From NCBI RefSeq assembly GCF_009914755.1, contig NC_060936.1: DNA of 64,000 nt. One strand, given 5' to 3'. The notes beneath the pieces are model-generated. The model searched no databases. It saw nothing but the letters and a program-made list of their open reading frames with translations, and had not been told where the DNA came from. This document shows positions 42,701 through 62,755 of the stretch, in pieces; within the stretch, counting starts at the first letter, position 1; every line of letters starts with the position of its first letter. The stretch comes from the human T2T-CHM13v2.0 reference genome, Homo sapiens. The position numbers were made by a program, and so were the translations under genes.

Positions 42701-45700
42701 AATAATAGTTCGAGACTTCAACACCTCACTTTCATTATGGACAAATCTTCCAGACAAAAAATCAACATCAGACTTAATCTCTACTATAGTCCAAATGAAT
42801 CTAATAGATATTCACAGAAAATTTCATCCCAGAGCTGCAGGATACATTATTTTTCTCAACACATGAATTATTCTCAAGGGTAGACCATATGTTAAGTCAT
42901 AAAACAAATCTTAAAACATTGAAAGAACATGAAATAATGTCAAGCATCTTCTCTGGACAAAATAAAATAACTAGAAATCAATAACAATGGAAATTTTGGA
43001 AACAATACAAATTACATGGAAATTAAACAATATGCTCCTGTATGACCAGTGGGCTTTGAAGGAATTAAAAATAATCTTGAAAAAACTCTTAAACAAATGG
43101 TAATGGAAACACAGCATACCAAAATCTATGGGATAGAGGAAAAGCAGTACTAACAGGGAAGTTTATAGTTATAAGTGCCTACGCCACAGGAGAAAAAACT
43201 TCAAAGAAACTATCTAACAATGCATCTTAAACAACTAGAAAAACAAGAGTAAACTACACCCAAAATTAGTAGAAGAAAAAAGATAATAAAGGTCAGAGCA
43301 GAAATTAATAAAATTGAAATTATAAAAAACTATACAAAAGATAAAAAGTTAATTTTTTGAAAAGTTAAAATTGACAGATGTTCAGACAGACTAAGAGTAA
43401 AAAAGAATATCTAAATAAATATAATCAGAAATGAAAAAATATATTAAAACTGATACTGCAGGAATTCCAAGGATCATTATTTGCTACTATGAGCAACTAT
43501 ATGCCAATAAATTGGAAAATTTAGAAGAAATGGACAAATTCCTAGATACATACAAACTACCAAGACTGAACCAAGAAGAAATCCAAAAACTGAACAGGGC
43601 AAAAACAAGTAACAAGATCAAAGCCATAACAAAAAGGCTCCCAGTAAAGAAAAGTGCAGGATCCAATGGTTTAACGGCTGAATTCTACCAAATGTTTAAA
43701 GAAGAATTAATAGCAATCGTATTCAAATTATTTCATATAATAGAAGAGAAGAAAATACTTCCAAGCTCACTCTACAAAGCTAGTATTACTGATGTCAAAA
43801 ATGAGACAAAGACATATCAAAAACAAAAACTGCAGGCCAATATCTCTGATAAATATCAATGCAAAAATTCTCAATTAAATACTAGAACACCAAATTCAAC
43901 AATAGATTTGAAATAGCCATTTATTATGACCAAGTAGAATGTATCCCTGGGATGTAAGGATGTTTAAACATACACAAATCAATCAATGTATTACATCATA
44001 TCAACAGAATAAAGGATAAAAAGCATATGATTATTTCACTTGATAATTAAAAAGCATTTGGTAATATTAAACATTTCTTTTATGATTAAAAGCTCTGAAA
44101 AAAAGCTTGTTATAGAAGGAACATACTTCAACATAATAAAAGGCATATACAACAGACCCACAGCTAGTATCATACTGAATGGGGAAAACCTGAAAGTCTC
44201 TTTTCCTGAGATCTGGAACACAACAAGAACACCCACTTTCCCTTACTGTTGTTCAACATAATAATGGAAGTCCTAGCTAGAGCAATTAAACAAAAGAAAG
44301 ATATAAAGAACATCCAAATTGGAAAGAAAAAAAGTCAAATTTTACTTGTTTGCAGATAACAAAATCCTATATTTTAAAAAACTTAAAGACTCCACAAGAA
44401 AATTGTTAAAAGTGATAAACAAATTCAGTAAAGTTATAGGATAACAAATCAACATATAAAAAATCACTAACATTTCCATATGTCAACAGTAAACAATGTG
44501 AAAAAAATTTAAAAAGTAATACCACTTAAAATAGCCACACATATATATAAATAAAATACTAGGAATAACTTAACCATAACAGTAAAAGATCTGTGTACCG
44601 AAAAATATAAAATACTGATGAAAGAAATTGAAGTGGATACCAGATAAAGATATTCCATGTTAATGGATTAAAAGAATCAATATTGTTAAATATTTATGCT
44701 GCTCAAAGCAATATACACATCCAATGCAATCTCTGTCAAAATCTCAACAATGTTCTTCACAGACATAGAAAAAACAACCCTATAATTTATCTGAAACCAC
44801 AAAAGACTCAGAAGAGCCAAAGCCATCCTGAGCAAAAAGAACAAACTGGAGAAATCACATTACTTGACTTCAAATTATATTATAGAATGTAGCAGGCAAA
44901 ACAGCAGGGCACTGGCATAACAATAGGCACATACACAAATGGAACATAAAACAGAATTCAAAAACAAATCTGCACACCTACAGTGAATTGATTTTGACAA
45001 AGATGCCAAGAACATACACTGCGGAAAAGACAGTCTCTTCAGGAATTAGGAAAACTAGATATCTATATGCAGAAGAATGAAACTAGATCCCTATTTCTCA
45101 CAATATCAACTAACTAAAATCAAATCAAAATGAATTAAAGACTTAAATCTATGACATCAAACTATGAAACTTTTTATTTCATGACATGTCATGCAACTTT
45201 TTGTAGTTTCATAGTTTGAGGTTCGTAATTTCATAGTTTTGTAGATTCGTAGATTTAAAGTTTCCAGAACATTTGTCTGGGCAAAAATTTCTTGAGAAAC
45301 ACCACACAAGCACAGGTAACCAAAGTAATAGGGGACAAATGAGATCACATCAAGTTAAAAAGCTTCTGCACAGCAAAGGATATAATCAACAAAGCAAAAA
45401 GACAATCCACAGAATGGCAGAAAAATATTTGCAAACTACCCACTGACAAAAGATTAATAATCAGAATATATAAAGAGCTCAAACAACTATAAGAAAAAGT
45501 GTAATAATCCAATCCAAAAATGGGCAAAATTTCTGAATAGACATTTCTCAAAAGAAGACATGAAAATGGAAAAGAGACATATGAAAAGGTGTTCAACATC
45601 ATTGATCATCAGAGAAATGCAAATCAGAATTACAATATTATCTCACCCCAGTTAAAATGGCTTAAATCCAAAAGACAGACAATAGCAAATGCAGGTGACG

Positions 45701-46490
45701 ATGTGGAGTAAAGGGAACACTTGTACACTATTGGTGAGAAAGTAAATTAGTACCATCACTATGGAGAACAGTTTAGAGGTTCCTCAAAAAATTAAAAATT
45801 GAGCTACCATATGATCCAGCAATCTCACTGCTAGGTGTATACCCAAAAGAGTGGAAATCAGTACATCTAAGAGATATCTCCACTTTTATGTTTGTTGTGG
45901 CACTGTTTACAATAGCTAAGATTTGAAAGCAAACTAAGTATCCATCAACAGATAATGAATAAAGAAAATGTGGTACATGTACACAATGGATTACTATTTA
46001 GCCATAAATAAATGAGATTCAGTAATATGCAACAACATGGATGGAACTGGAGATTATTGTGTTATGTGAAATAGGCCAAGCATAGAAAGAGATATATCAC
46101 ATGTTCTTATTTATTTGTGGTATCTAAAAATCAAAACAGTCGGACACAGACAGTAGACGAATGTTTACCAGAGGCTGGGAAAGGTAGTGGGAGTAGGGGG
46201 TGGATGGGGATGGTTAATGAATACAAACAAAAACAGAAAGAATAAATAAGAACTAATATTTTATAGCACAACAGGATGATTATAGTCAATAATAACTTAA
46301 TTTTACATTTTAAAACAATCGAAAGAGTGTAATTGGATTATTTATAAACCAAAGGACAAACGTTTGAGGGAATAAATAAAACATTCTCCATGATGTGCTT
46401 ATTTTACATTGCATGCCTGTATCAAAATATTTCATATACCCCATTAATATATATGTCTACTATGTAACCACGAATAAAATAAAATAAAAA
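39770..46490 (+). mobile_element. Near-full-length old LINE-1 (L1MA1-3-like): partial 5' UTR, ORF1, ORF2, 3' UTR
   Basis: ORF1-like DLSEREFKIAILRKLIEIQDNT; ORF2 [22 protein letters not shown]; L1MA-type 3' end cattgcatgcctgtatcaaaa...tactatgtaaccac with A tail. Confidence 0.9.
42284..42390. mobile_element. MST/THE1 LTR fragment inside the L1
   Basis: gggtaatttataaagaaaagaggtttaattggttcatggtt. Confidence 0.75.
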
Positions 46491-46751
46491 CAACACAATC
46501 TCATTGATTAAAAGTGTCTAAATAATCCTAAGAAGGAAATAATCTCAAATTTTGCCTGGTCCTGAGAATATTTACATGAGACTCAACTCCTTGGAAAGAA
46601 TGTCCAAAATTCCTATTGAAAAAAATTGACAATAATGACTCTGTGAGTGGAAGTGAGAGAGCCACAAGCACAAAACAGACTGATGAAATAGAACTTGCAT
46701 CTTCCCATTCCCATTACAGTTGAAATTATTCATTGAAATAACATACTTCAA

Positions 46752-47128
46752 GTATTAGTGTAATTGCTTTTCTATGAATAAATATCTGACACTACGTAAT
46801 TTATGAAGAAAAGAGGTTTAATCGGCTCATGGTTCTGCAGACTTTACAGAAAGCATGATAGTGGCATCTGCTCCTAATGAGGCCTCAGGAAGCTTACAAT
46901 CATGGTGGAAGGTGACAGAAGAAGCCTGCATGTCACACGGTGAGAGCAGGTGCAAAAGGGAGAGAAGAGGGGAAATCCCATTCTTTTAAGCAACCAGATC
47001 TGATGTAAACTAACTGTGTGAGAATTCACTGATTACTAAGTGATGGTGCTAATCTATTTATGACGGATCAAATTCCATGATCTAATCACCTCCAACCAGT
47101 CCCTACCTGCAACATTGAAAATCACATT
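46752..47128. mobile_element. MaLR LTR (MSTA/B-like)
   Basis: taatttatgaagaaaagaggtttaatcggctcatggttctgcag...gaggcctcaggaagcttacaatcatggtggaagg. Confidence 0.85.
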
Positions 47129-47460
47129 GTTACAGTCTCGCCAATGCACCACAATGTAGCAGTCTCTTGTTGCCTAAGGTAGTACCCAGGAGTTCTTTGT
47201 CTCACGACCAGGAAAGTTAAGGAGTGCAGACACCAAGGGTGATGTTGGAGTGAAAGCTTAATAAGCTAAAGCAGAAGGCCCTCCACTGTGGAGAGGGGGC
47301 CTGGAAGAGTGTTGCCATTTTTACAGTTGAATGCAAAGGCTTTTATTAAAAAAACAAATGAGGGGTGGGCATCTTATTTGCATAAGGCATAACTTTATGG
47401 TAGCTCCACTCCATCCTTTTAGCGTGTATGTGGGCCCTTAGCTTGAGTTGCTCCATCCCA
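47129..47460 (-). mobile_element. ERV1-class LTR fragment (MER4 group, family uncertain)
   Basis: ggagttctttgtctcacgaccaggaaagttaaggagtgcagacac; interrupts the MST LTR. Confidence 0.55.
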
Positions 47461-48585
47461 AATCTTGGGATCTTGCTGTTCACAGAGATGTGGGTATCAT
47501 GTAAGCTTATGACTAACAAAATGTTAATCTTAAATAGTCCTAAAGAGGGCAGTGTTTTAAAACTTTTAAAAATTTACATTTCAATGATCTGGGTCAGCTG
47601 TGAAATGACTTAGAGTTTTTGTCCATCTTTTGCAAACAGTAAGACAAGCATTCCCTATCTATACTGCCTATTGATAGGTTTTTATTAGATCTAACTGAAA
47701 ATCATCTCAAGAAACAGCAGGTCCTGATGGCTTATTGTCATTAATGAGAACAACAGAGTATCAATTTAAATTACATCTGTTGTATTAAGAATATATCCTT
47801 TAGTAATTAAATGAAATAGCACATTTAGCTTCACAGGGTGCTTTAGTGATGAATTCATCCTGTGAGAGTTCTATCAAAATACAGAGCTGCTCAATATCAC
47901 ATGTAAAGCAGGAGTCACATTACAATGATAAACATCTTACATGATAACGATGCATGGGTGTGTGCATGTGAGTGGGCATTTGAGTATTAGCATGAGGAGA
48001 ATAGTGTGAGTGTACATCCATGTGAATGTAGAAGTGAGTGTGTGATTGTTATTGTATATGTATGTTACTATATCACACACATCCATCATTTCCACTGAAT
48101 TGTTGAAGATTTTAAGCCAACTTTTAGGAAAATACTATCCCTACCTGCAAGTCCCCCAATTCTCCTGCATGCTAACCTTTTCCCTGGGTAAAAATAGAAG
48201 TTGATAACAAATGTGAGCTTGCCTCTTGTGTGTGTAGTTTGCAGACAGGGTACAACCACCACTGAAAATCAATTACAATGACAAATACGTGTCAGGCACT
48301 TATCAGAGAACACAACCAGGAATGAACTGCAACCTCTCCCTTCCCAAAATCTCCCTTAGATAAGTTAACTTCCCCTTCCTGATGATTTCCTCTTGACAAT
48401 CTCCTTATGAAAGAATCTTCTTCCTTAAATAGCAGACATGGCTTCACTGTCCTCAGTGCCCTCTACCGGGCTAACAAATTGTTACTGTCCTTTGCAAAAG
48501 CACAGCTAAAAGAGTTTCCTTTTTTTTTTTTTTTTGGTCTTCTAAAAAATAACTATATGTTTAACTTTTATTATATTAAGGTTAA

Positions 48586-48922
<337 letters not shown>

Positions 48923-49408
48923 ACCCCTTTTAATCTTATAAGTGTTCTTGAATACTTTTGAGAACCTTAATAAATGGTAACTCTCCTACAATCTTTAAGG
49001 GGAAACTACGTGTAAATAAAATTGAGGTTTACAGTGCTAGTTCATTGTGTTGAAGATTTTCATAACATATGAGATGAATATTATTATCCTCACTTAGCAA
49101 ACAAGGAAACTGAGGCTAAGAAAGGTTAAATGACTTACTTCTTCTAGTCACTCAGTTGAGAGGAAGCATCATTTATCTCTTTACGCTGAAGAACATGACT
49201 AGAATAGCATCTCCTGGAAGGTGCTTAGTAACTGTTGAATGATGCCAGCTACTTAGCTCTGAAAAAAATACAGTCATCAAACAGTTCAAGGGGAAAAACA
49301 CCTTTTCATCAGTTACTTCAATATTTCAGTAAAAATGGAATTTTAAATCTTGGTCATCTCCCCTACCCCAAACCATCTCCTCCACTACTGCACTATAATT
49401 TCATTTCA

Positions 49409-49873
<465 letters not shown>

Positions 49874-50374
49874 CTAGAATACAGAAAACGTTTTTGACTC
49901 CTCTGGATATATTGTGTAATTTATGAATCATATTAGTAAGCTTTTACATTAACATTGATAACAGAAATAAGGTGGCAAAAAGAGGTCTGCTGAGATCTAC
50001 CCTGAGAACAAATATCTGGTCTTTTCATATGAGCTATTGGGACTGAATAGACCATACAAAATCAGTGTTTTTAATGGACATAAGAAAGTCTGTTCTAAAC
50101 TTACAGATAAGATTTTCATAAGGAAATGTGAAAATATTCATTCAACTGTCTTGAAATCATAATGCGTTCAATAAAGAAAGAAGTAATAATTGTTATTATT
50201 ATCATTCTAGTGTTTGCCTTTTAAAACAACTGATAATATAACTTTATGTAATGTGGGCCATTCACTTGAAGGATTGTATTCTATCATGAAGATTAAGGAT
50301 ACTGAGAAATGTTTTGATGCTTAGTTTAATATTTTAATGATGTTTAATGTTTCTTTGACTTTGTATTATTTCAG

Positions 50375-50439
50375 GATTGTTCAACCTTAATTGAAATCAC
50401 TTGCAGTGGGTTTCCATTCAATGGTAATACGATCACTAG
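50375..50439 (+). pseudogene. SLCO1B exon-13 pseudo-exon: IVQP*LKSLAVGFHSMVIRSL
   Basis: 59/65 nt identical to exon 13 at 20924-20988; same length; AG and GT intact; GAA>TAA stop at 50388-50390. Confidence 0.95.
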
Positions 50440-52158
50440 GTATGATGAATACATAGAATATAAATTTAAGATATAAATATTCATATCAAAGAATAAAGAC
50501 CAAATGTAATTAATTTTCAATTATGGGAAAGTTAAAAAAGGAATAAGTAAGGTCCATTATTTTTTGCAATCAATGAAAATAAGAAGAGACAGCGGAAAAG
50601 TGTTACCTAAAAGAGCATTTTAATTGTTATTTCTAGTTCAAATCTATCTGTTAAGAATAAGGAATTATCATATTTTTATTACAGTCTCACTAACCGAGTC
50701 TCTCTCTCTCCTATTCTATGTTAAGAATAAGGAATTATCGTATTTTGGTTACAGTCTAAACCACCGAAAGACAGGTGGTTCTCAAAGTTTCCTTCTTTCA
50801 GAAAGTTAAGAATATTTACCCCAGGTAGGCAGAGTGGAGGACCTTCCTTCTAAACTGAAACATTATTTAGGGAAGGCCTAAAGCAGCTTGGGAGGCCTGG
50901 GAATCTGGCCAGGCTAAGGTTGTGCAAAACGACAGGAGCTAACATTAACTGTGCCACTTCCCACTGCCTGGTCCTGTAAGGCTGGGCAGCTAAGCTTTAG
51001 CAGCAGTTAATGCAAAAAGGAATGAGAACTCAGACTCTAGAACTGGGGATTTTTGATTAAGAGAGGGTTCTGAATAAAGGAAAGCTAAGGAATCGTGTTT
51101 CGCTTGGCAAAGAGTAAGAATGTAGACTCCAGAGGCTAAAGGCTTGTTTATAAATATTTAAAGGTGATGAGAAAAATATTTAGGATATTACTATTTTTCT
51201 TGTTGCCATTTACCATTTTTAGCACACTGGTGCCTGTTATTGTTAAGTAATATCTAGTCTAATCTTTGTGATTGCACCTTTGTAAGAACGGTAAATGTTA
51301 TGTGCTTATTCCTGGGAAGTAGAAAAAGGGCATCATTCATCTAGGGATTGGTGCAGAGGACTGATCCTGGCAACCTTTGATAGCAGAAGGAAAAGAAAAT
51401 GGGAGGGGTTGATTTCTGGAACCTTTGCAAGTAAAGGAAAAAAGTATAACTCTGTGATGGCCAAATTACAAAGGATAAGTTGTCCGAGAAGTATATTTGA
51501 TGAGAAGGTCACAAATCCTCAAAGGTTAGAAACAAAAAAAAGAAAGAAAGAAACATAAAGGGAATAGGAGGGAGGAGATGGAGATGCTGCAGTGTTCCAT
51601 TGGTTCTCTTCCTTGTATTCTCTTTTCTGTGTCTCTAATCTAATCTAATCCAGCTTCTGTGTATCCTGGCAGTTCTCTACCTCCATATTCAATGGAAATA
51701 CCTCACTCCTAGCAGCTGGGCCACAGAAGCTGAATATAGAATCTGGGTAGTTAGCACTCTTTCTGATATGTGGAAATAATAGTAGGAGCAATATTTTTAG
51801 CAATATAAAATAGAAAAAAATGAATTTTACCATTCTAATTATGAGCATCCTATTTTGATGTGCTCAGTATATGGCAGAACGGACTCTAAATGCTTCTACG
51901 GGAAAAATACACAGAGCACCAAACTTCCAATTCACAAATAATTGTCTTGAATACAATATATGTGTAAATTGTGGAAGGCCTATAGTGTATTAAACTGAAA
52001 AAGTTATTTATAAAATGGGTTATGAGAAGTTTTTAAATTGAAGTAATAAATTGTTGGCATATATTTTTCAGTTTTTAAGGATGGCTGTGATTTTTTGATA
52101 ACTGCAAATTTCTCACCCATTTTCTTAGTACCAGTTTTCTTTATATTCACTGGCCTCA

Positions 52159-53781
<1,623 letters not shown>

Positions 53782-54045
53782 TCTCTACTAGTTGGAAGAG
53801 TTTAAATACCTTGAATAATCTGTTGTATTTGTATTTCTAAAGAAAAAAGAATCTTATGCTTAATTTAATAACAATAACAATTTAATAAACAATATAATAC
53901 AAGTCATTCCCAGAAACAAAATTTATTTTTAACATTAACATAAAATGATATGTTAATTCTGAGAAATTAGTAATATAACCTTTAAAATATAGGAGCCTAG
54001 AGTGAATTCCTAGAATTAGCTAAATATTCTGTTTTCTGTTTACCT

Positions 54046-54108
54046 AGTACAACGACCTAATTGGGTAATCATCATTGGACTCAAAAAAAAATGCTAACTC
54101 TTTAAAAA
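54046..54108 (+). promoter_or_regulatory. Relic SLCO1B-type proximal promoter: IR-1-like (54046-54058), HNF1-like (54064-54076), TATA-like (54101-54108)
   Basis: AGTACA-A-CGACCT, GGTAATCATCATT and TTTAAAAA in the order recalled for SLCO1B3/SLCO1B1 promoters. Confidence 0.65.
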
Positions 54109-54168
54109 GAGACTTTAACAACAGAAAATGGATAGACTTGCTGCAGTTGCTGTAGGTTCTAAATCCAG
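54109..54168 (+). pseudogene. Copy of SLCO1B1/SLCO1B3 non-coding exon 1 with splice donor
   Basis: gagactttaacaacagaaaatggatagacttgctgcagttgctgtaggttctaaatccag|gt vs recalled SLCO1B1 mRNA start AAAGGGTGGACTTGTTGCAGTTGCTGTAGGATTCTAAATCCAG. Confidence 0.8.
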
Positions 54169-54719
54169 GTAGGAACTATGGAGATTGTCTAATGTCAGCA
54201 TGTCTAAATCCAGGTAAGAACCACTGAGATTCTGTAGTATCAATATTTCTTTTATATACAAAATATTTACAAATTTCAGGGAGAAATGTTTTGATGGTCA
54301 TGATAAATATATATTTTATGTTCTGTGTTTTCTATACACTTGTGTTCTGAGTCCTTAGTATTTTATCCTAAGATCTAGAAGAGAGGTGTGGAATAGTTAT
54401 CTAGAAGACTAGGGGAAATATAGGGAAGAGTTATCAGTTATCACTATACACATATATTCTCCAGTGGTACAGCAGGGTGGGAGAAATTATTTAAAGTGGG
54501 GGTATCTGAGAAAATATCAAAATGATATTATTTGGAATAAACCAACTCTTATGACCTAGAGATGAGAGAGAACATTCCAGCTTGAGAAAAATCATAGAGC
54601 AGGGCAGAGAGCTTTTTTCTTGGAACACTGGTTCCATAAGTCTGCAGGTACTTATGGGTGAATTGAGAAATTGACTAAAAATAAGGGCTGGGTTTGGCTT
54701 GTGAAGACCCTCAAACAGG

Positions 54720-54749
54720 AAGTTTTTTTTAAGGCTGAATAATATTTTA

Positions 54750-54787
<38 letters not shown>

Positions 54788-55806
54788 TGTCTCTATATAT
54801 ATATACACACACCATGTATATTAAAATATATATATACATACATATATATATATAATGTTTTCTTTATTCATTCATCACTAGCCATTTGGGTTTCTTCTAC
54901 ATCTTGCCTATTGTAAATAGTGCTGCAATGAACATGAATGTGCAAATAAATATCTCTTCAAGATCTCATTTTGAATTATTTTGAATATACACTCAGAAGA
55001 AGGATTAATGGTGCATATAATAATTCTATTTTTTACATTTTGTTGTTTTGGGATTTTTAAGTTTTATGTAGCCCCATTTGTGTATTTTTTATTTCACTGC
55101 CTGTGTTTTTGGTATCATATTTTAAAAGTTATTGCCAAATTCAATGCCCTAAAACTTTCTCCTTCATTTTATTCTGAAGTTTAAGGTCTTACATTTAGGA
55201 ATTTAATACATTTTGAGTTAATTTTTGCATATAGGATAAGGTAAGGGCCCAACTTCATTGCTTTGCATGTGGGTATTCCATTTTCCTAACACCATTTGTT
55301 GAAGAGACTCTCCTTTCCCTATTGTGTAATCTTGGCACCCTTGTTGAAAATCGTTTGTATATTCAAAAGATTGTATCTGAGCTCTCTATTCTGTTTCATT
55401 GGTTTATATAAATATATATTCATGCCAGTACAACACCATCTTAATTACAGTTACTTTGCAGTATGTTTTGAAATCAGGGATGTGAAGCATCCAATTGTGT
55501 TCTTCAAGATTTTTTTTTTTTTTTTAGCCATTCAGGATGTATTAGGATTTTATATAAATTTTAAATGGGGTTTTCCTATCTTTATATAAAATGTCATTGA
55601 AATTTTCATAGAAATTGTGTTAAATCTACACATGACTTTGGATAGCATGGATTTTTTTTAACAATATTAAGTCTTTCAATCCATGAACACAGAATGTTTT
55701 CCCACTTACTAATGTTTTATTTCTTTTATTAGTGTTTTAAATTTTTAATTTTTATGGATACATAGTAGGTATATATATTTATGCAGTACATGACATATTT
55801 TGATAC
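54720..55806 (-). mobile_element. Old L1M fragments with a (TG)n(TA)n microsatellite at about 54752-54855
   Basis: ctattgtaaatagtgctgcaatgaacat; caccatttgttgaagagact. Confidence 0.75.
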
Positions 55807-55809
55807 GTT

Positions 55810-58095
55810 CGTTATTCTTCCTGATGTTCTCACTCCTCCCACCCACAACCCTCCGACAGGCCCCAGTGTGTGTTGTTTCTCCCCATGTGTCCATGTGCTC
55901 TCATCATTTAGCTCCCACTTATAAGTGAGGACACGTGGTATTGGTTTTCTGTTCCTGCATTAGTTTGCTGAGAATAATGGGTTGCAACTCCATCCATGTC
56001 CCTGCAAAGGATATGATATCATTCCTTTTCCTGGCTGCATAGTATTCCACAGTGTATATGTACCACATTTACTTTATCCAGTCTATCACTGATGGGCATT
56101 TAGGTTGATCCCATGTCTTTGCTATTACGAATAGTGCTGCAGTAAACATACACATCTATGTATTTTACAATAGAATGATTTATATTTCTTTGGGTATTTT
56201 CCCAATAATGGGATTGCTGGGTCAAATGGTATTTCTGCCTCTAAGTCTTTGAGGAATCACCACAGTGGAACTAATTTACACTTCTGCCAACAGTGTAAAA
56301 GTCTCCCTTGTTCTGTACAACCTCACCAGCATTTGTTAGTTTTTGACTTTTTGATAATAGTTATTCTGATGGATGTGAGATGGTATCTCATTGTGGTTTT
56401 CATTTGCATTTCTCTAATGATCAGTGATGTTGGGCTTTTTTCGTATCCTTTGTTGGTTGCATGTATATATGCTTTTAAGGAGTGTCTGCTCATGTCTTTT
56501 GCTCACTTTTTAATGGTTTCTTTTTTCTTGTAAATTTAAGTTCCTTATAGATGTGGGATATTAGAACATTGTCAGATGGATAGATTGCAAATATTTTCTC
56601 CCATTCTGCAGGTTGTGTGTTTACTCTGTTGATAGTTTCTTTTGCTGTGCAGAAGCTCTTTAGTTTAATTAGATCCCATTTGTCAATTTTTGCTTTTGTT
56701 GCAATCACTTTTGGCATCTTCATTACGAAATCTTCCCCTGTGCCTATGTCTTGAATGGTATTGCCCAGGTTTTTGTTGAGGGTTTCTATGGTTTTGGGTT
56801 TTATATTTAAATATTTAATCCATCTTGACTTAATTTTTGTATAAGGTGTAAGAAAAGATCCAGGTTCAATTTTCTGCATATGGCTAGCCAGTTCTCCCAG
56901 CACCATTTATTAAATAGGAAAGCGTTTCCCCATTGCTTATTTTTGTCAGGTTTGTCAAAGATCAGATGGGTGTAGGTGTGCAGTCTTATTTCTTGGTTCT
57001 CTATTCTGTTCTGCTGTTCTATGTGCCTATTTTTGTACCAGTATTATTCTATTTTGGTTACTATAGCCTCGTAGTATAATTTGAAGTTGGGAAATGTGAT
57101 GCCTCTAGCTTTGTTCTTTTTGCTTAGGATGGCCTTGGCTATTTTGGCTCCTTTTGGTTCCATATGAATTTTCCAATTTTTTTTTCTAATTCTGTAAAGA
57201 GTGTCAATGGCAGTTTAATGTGAATAGCATTGAATCTATAAATTGCTTTGGGCAGTATGGCCATTTTAACAATATTGATTCTTTCTATCTATGAGCATGG
57301 AATAGCTTTTCATTAGTTTGTGTCCTCTCTGATTTCTTTGAGCAGTGGTTTGTAGTTCTCCTTGAAGACGTCCTTCACTTCCCTTGTTAGCTGTATTCTT
57401 AGGTATTTTATTGTTTTTTGTGGCAATTGTGAATGGGGAGTTCATTCGTGATTTGACTCTCAGCTTGCCTGTCATTCGTATGTAGGAATGCTAGTGATTT
57501 TTGCACATTGATTTTGTATCCTGAGCCTTTGCTGAAGTTGCTTATCAGTTTAAGAAGCTTTTTGGCCTAGACAATGGGGTTTTCTAGATAAAGAACCATG
57601 TCACCTGCAAGCGAAGATTATTTGACGTCCTCTCTTCCTATTTGAATACCCTTTATTTCTTTCTCTTGCTTGATTGCCCTGGCCAGAACTTCTAATACTA
57701 TGTTCAATAGGAGTGGTGAGAGAGGGCATCCTTGTCTTGTGCTGGCTTTCAAGGAGAATGCTTCCAGCTTTTCCCCATTCAATATGATATTGGCTGTATG
57801 TTTGTCATAGATGGCTCTTATTATTTTGAGGTATGTTCCTTCAACACCTAGTTTATTGAGAGTTCTTAACATGAAGAGATGTTGAATTTTATCAAAGACC
57901 TTTTCTGCATCTATTGAGATAATCATGTGGTTTTTGTCTTTAGTTCTGTTTATATGATGAATCACCTTTGTTGATTTGCATATGTTGAACCAACCTTGCA
58001 TCCCATGGATGAAGCCAGCTTGATTGTGGTAGATACACTTTTTGATGTGCTGCTGGATTCCGTTTGCAAGTATTTTGTTGAAGATTTTTGCATCC
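55810..58095 (-). mobile_element. L1PA (L1PA8-10-like) 3' UTR and ORF2 fragment
   Basis: ORFs 56490-56906 and 57618-58001 are ORF2p pieces; 3' UTR motifs near 55810-56050. Confidence 0.9.
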
Positions 58096-62755
<4,660 letters not shown>

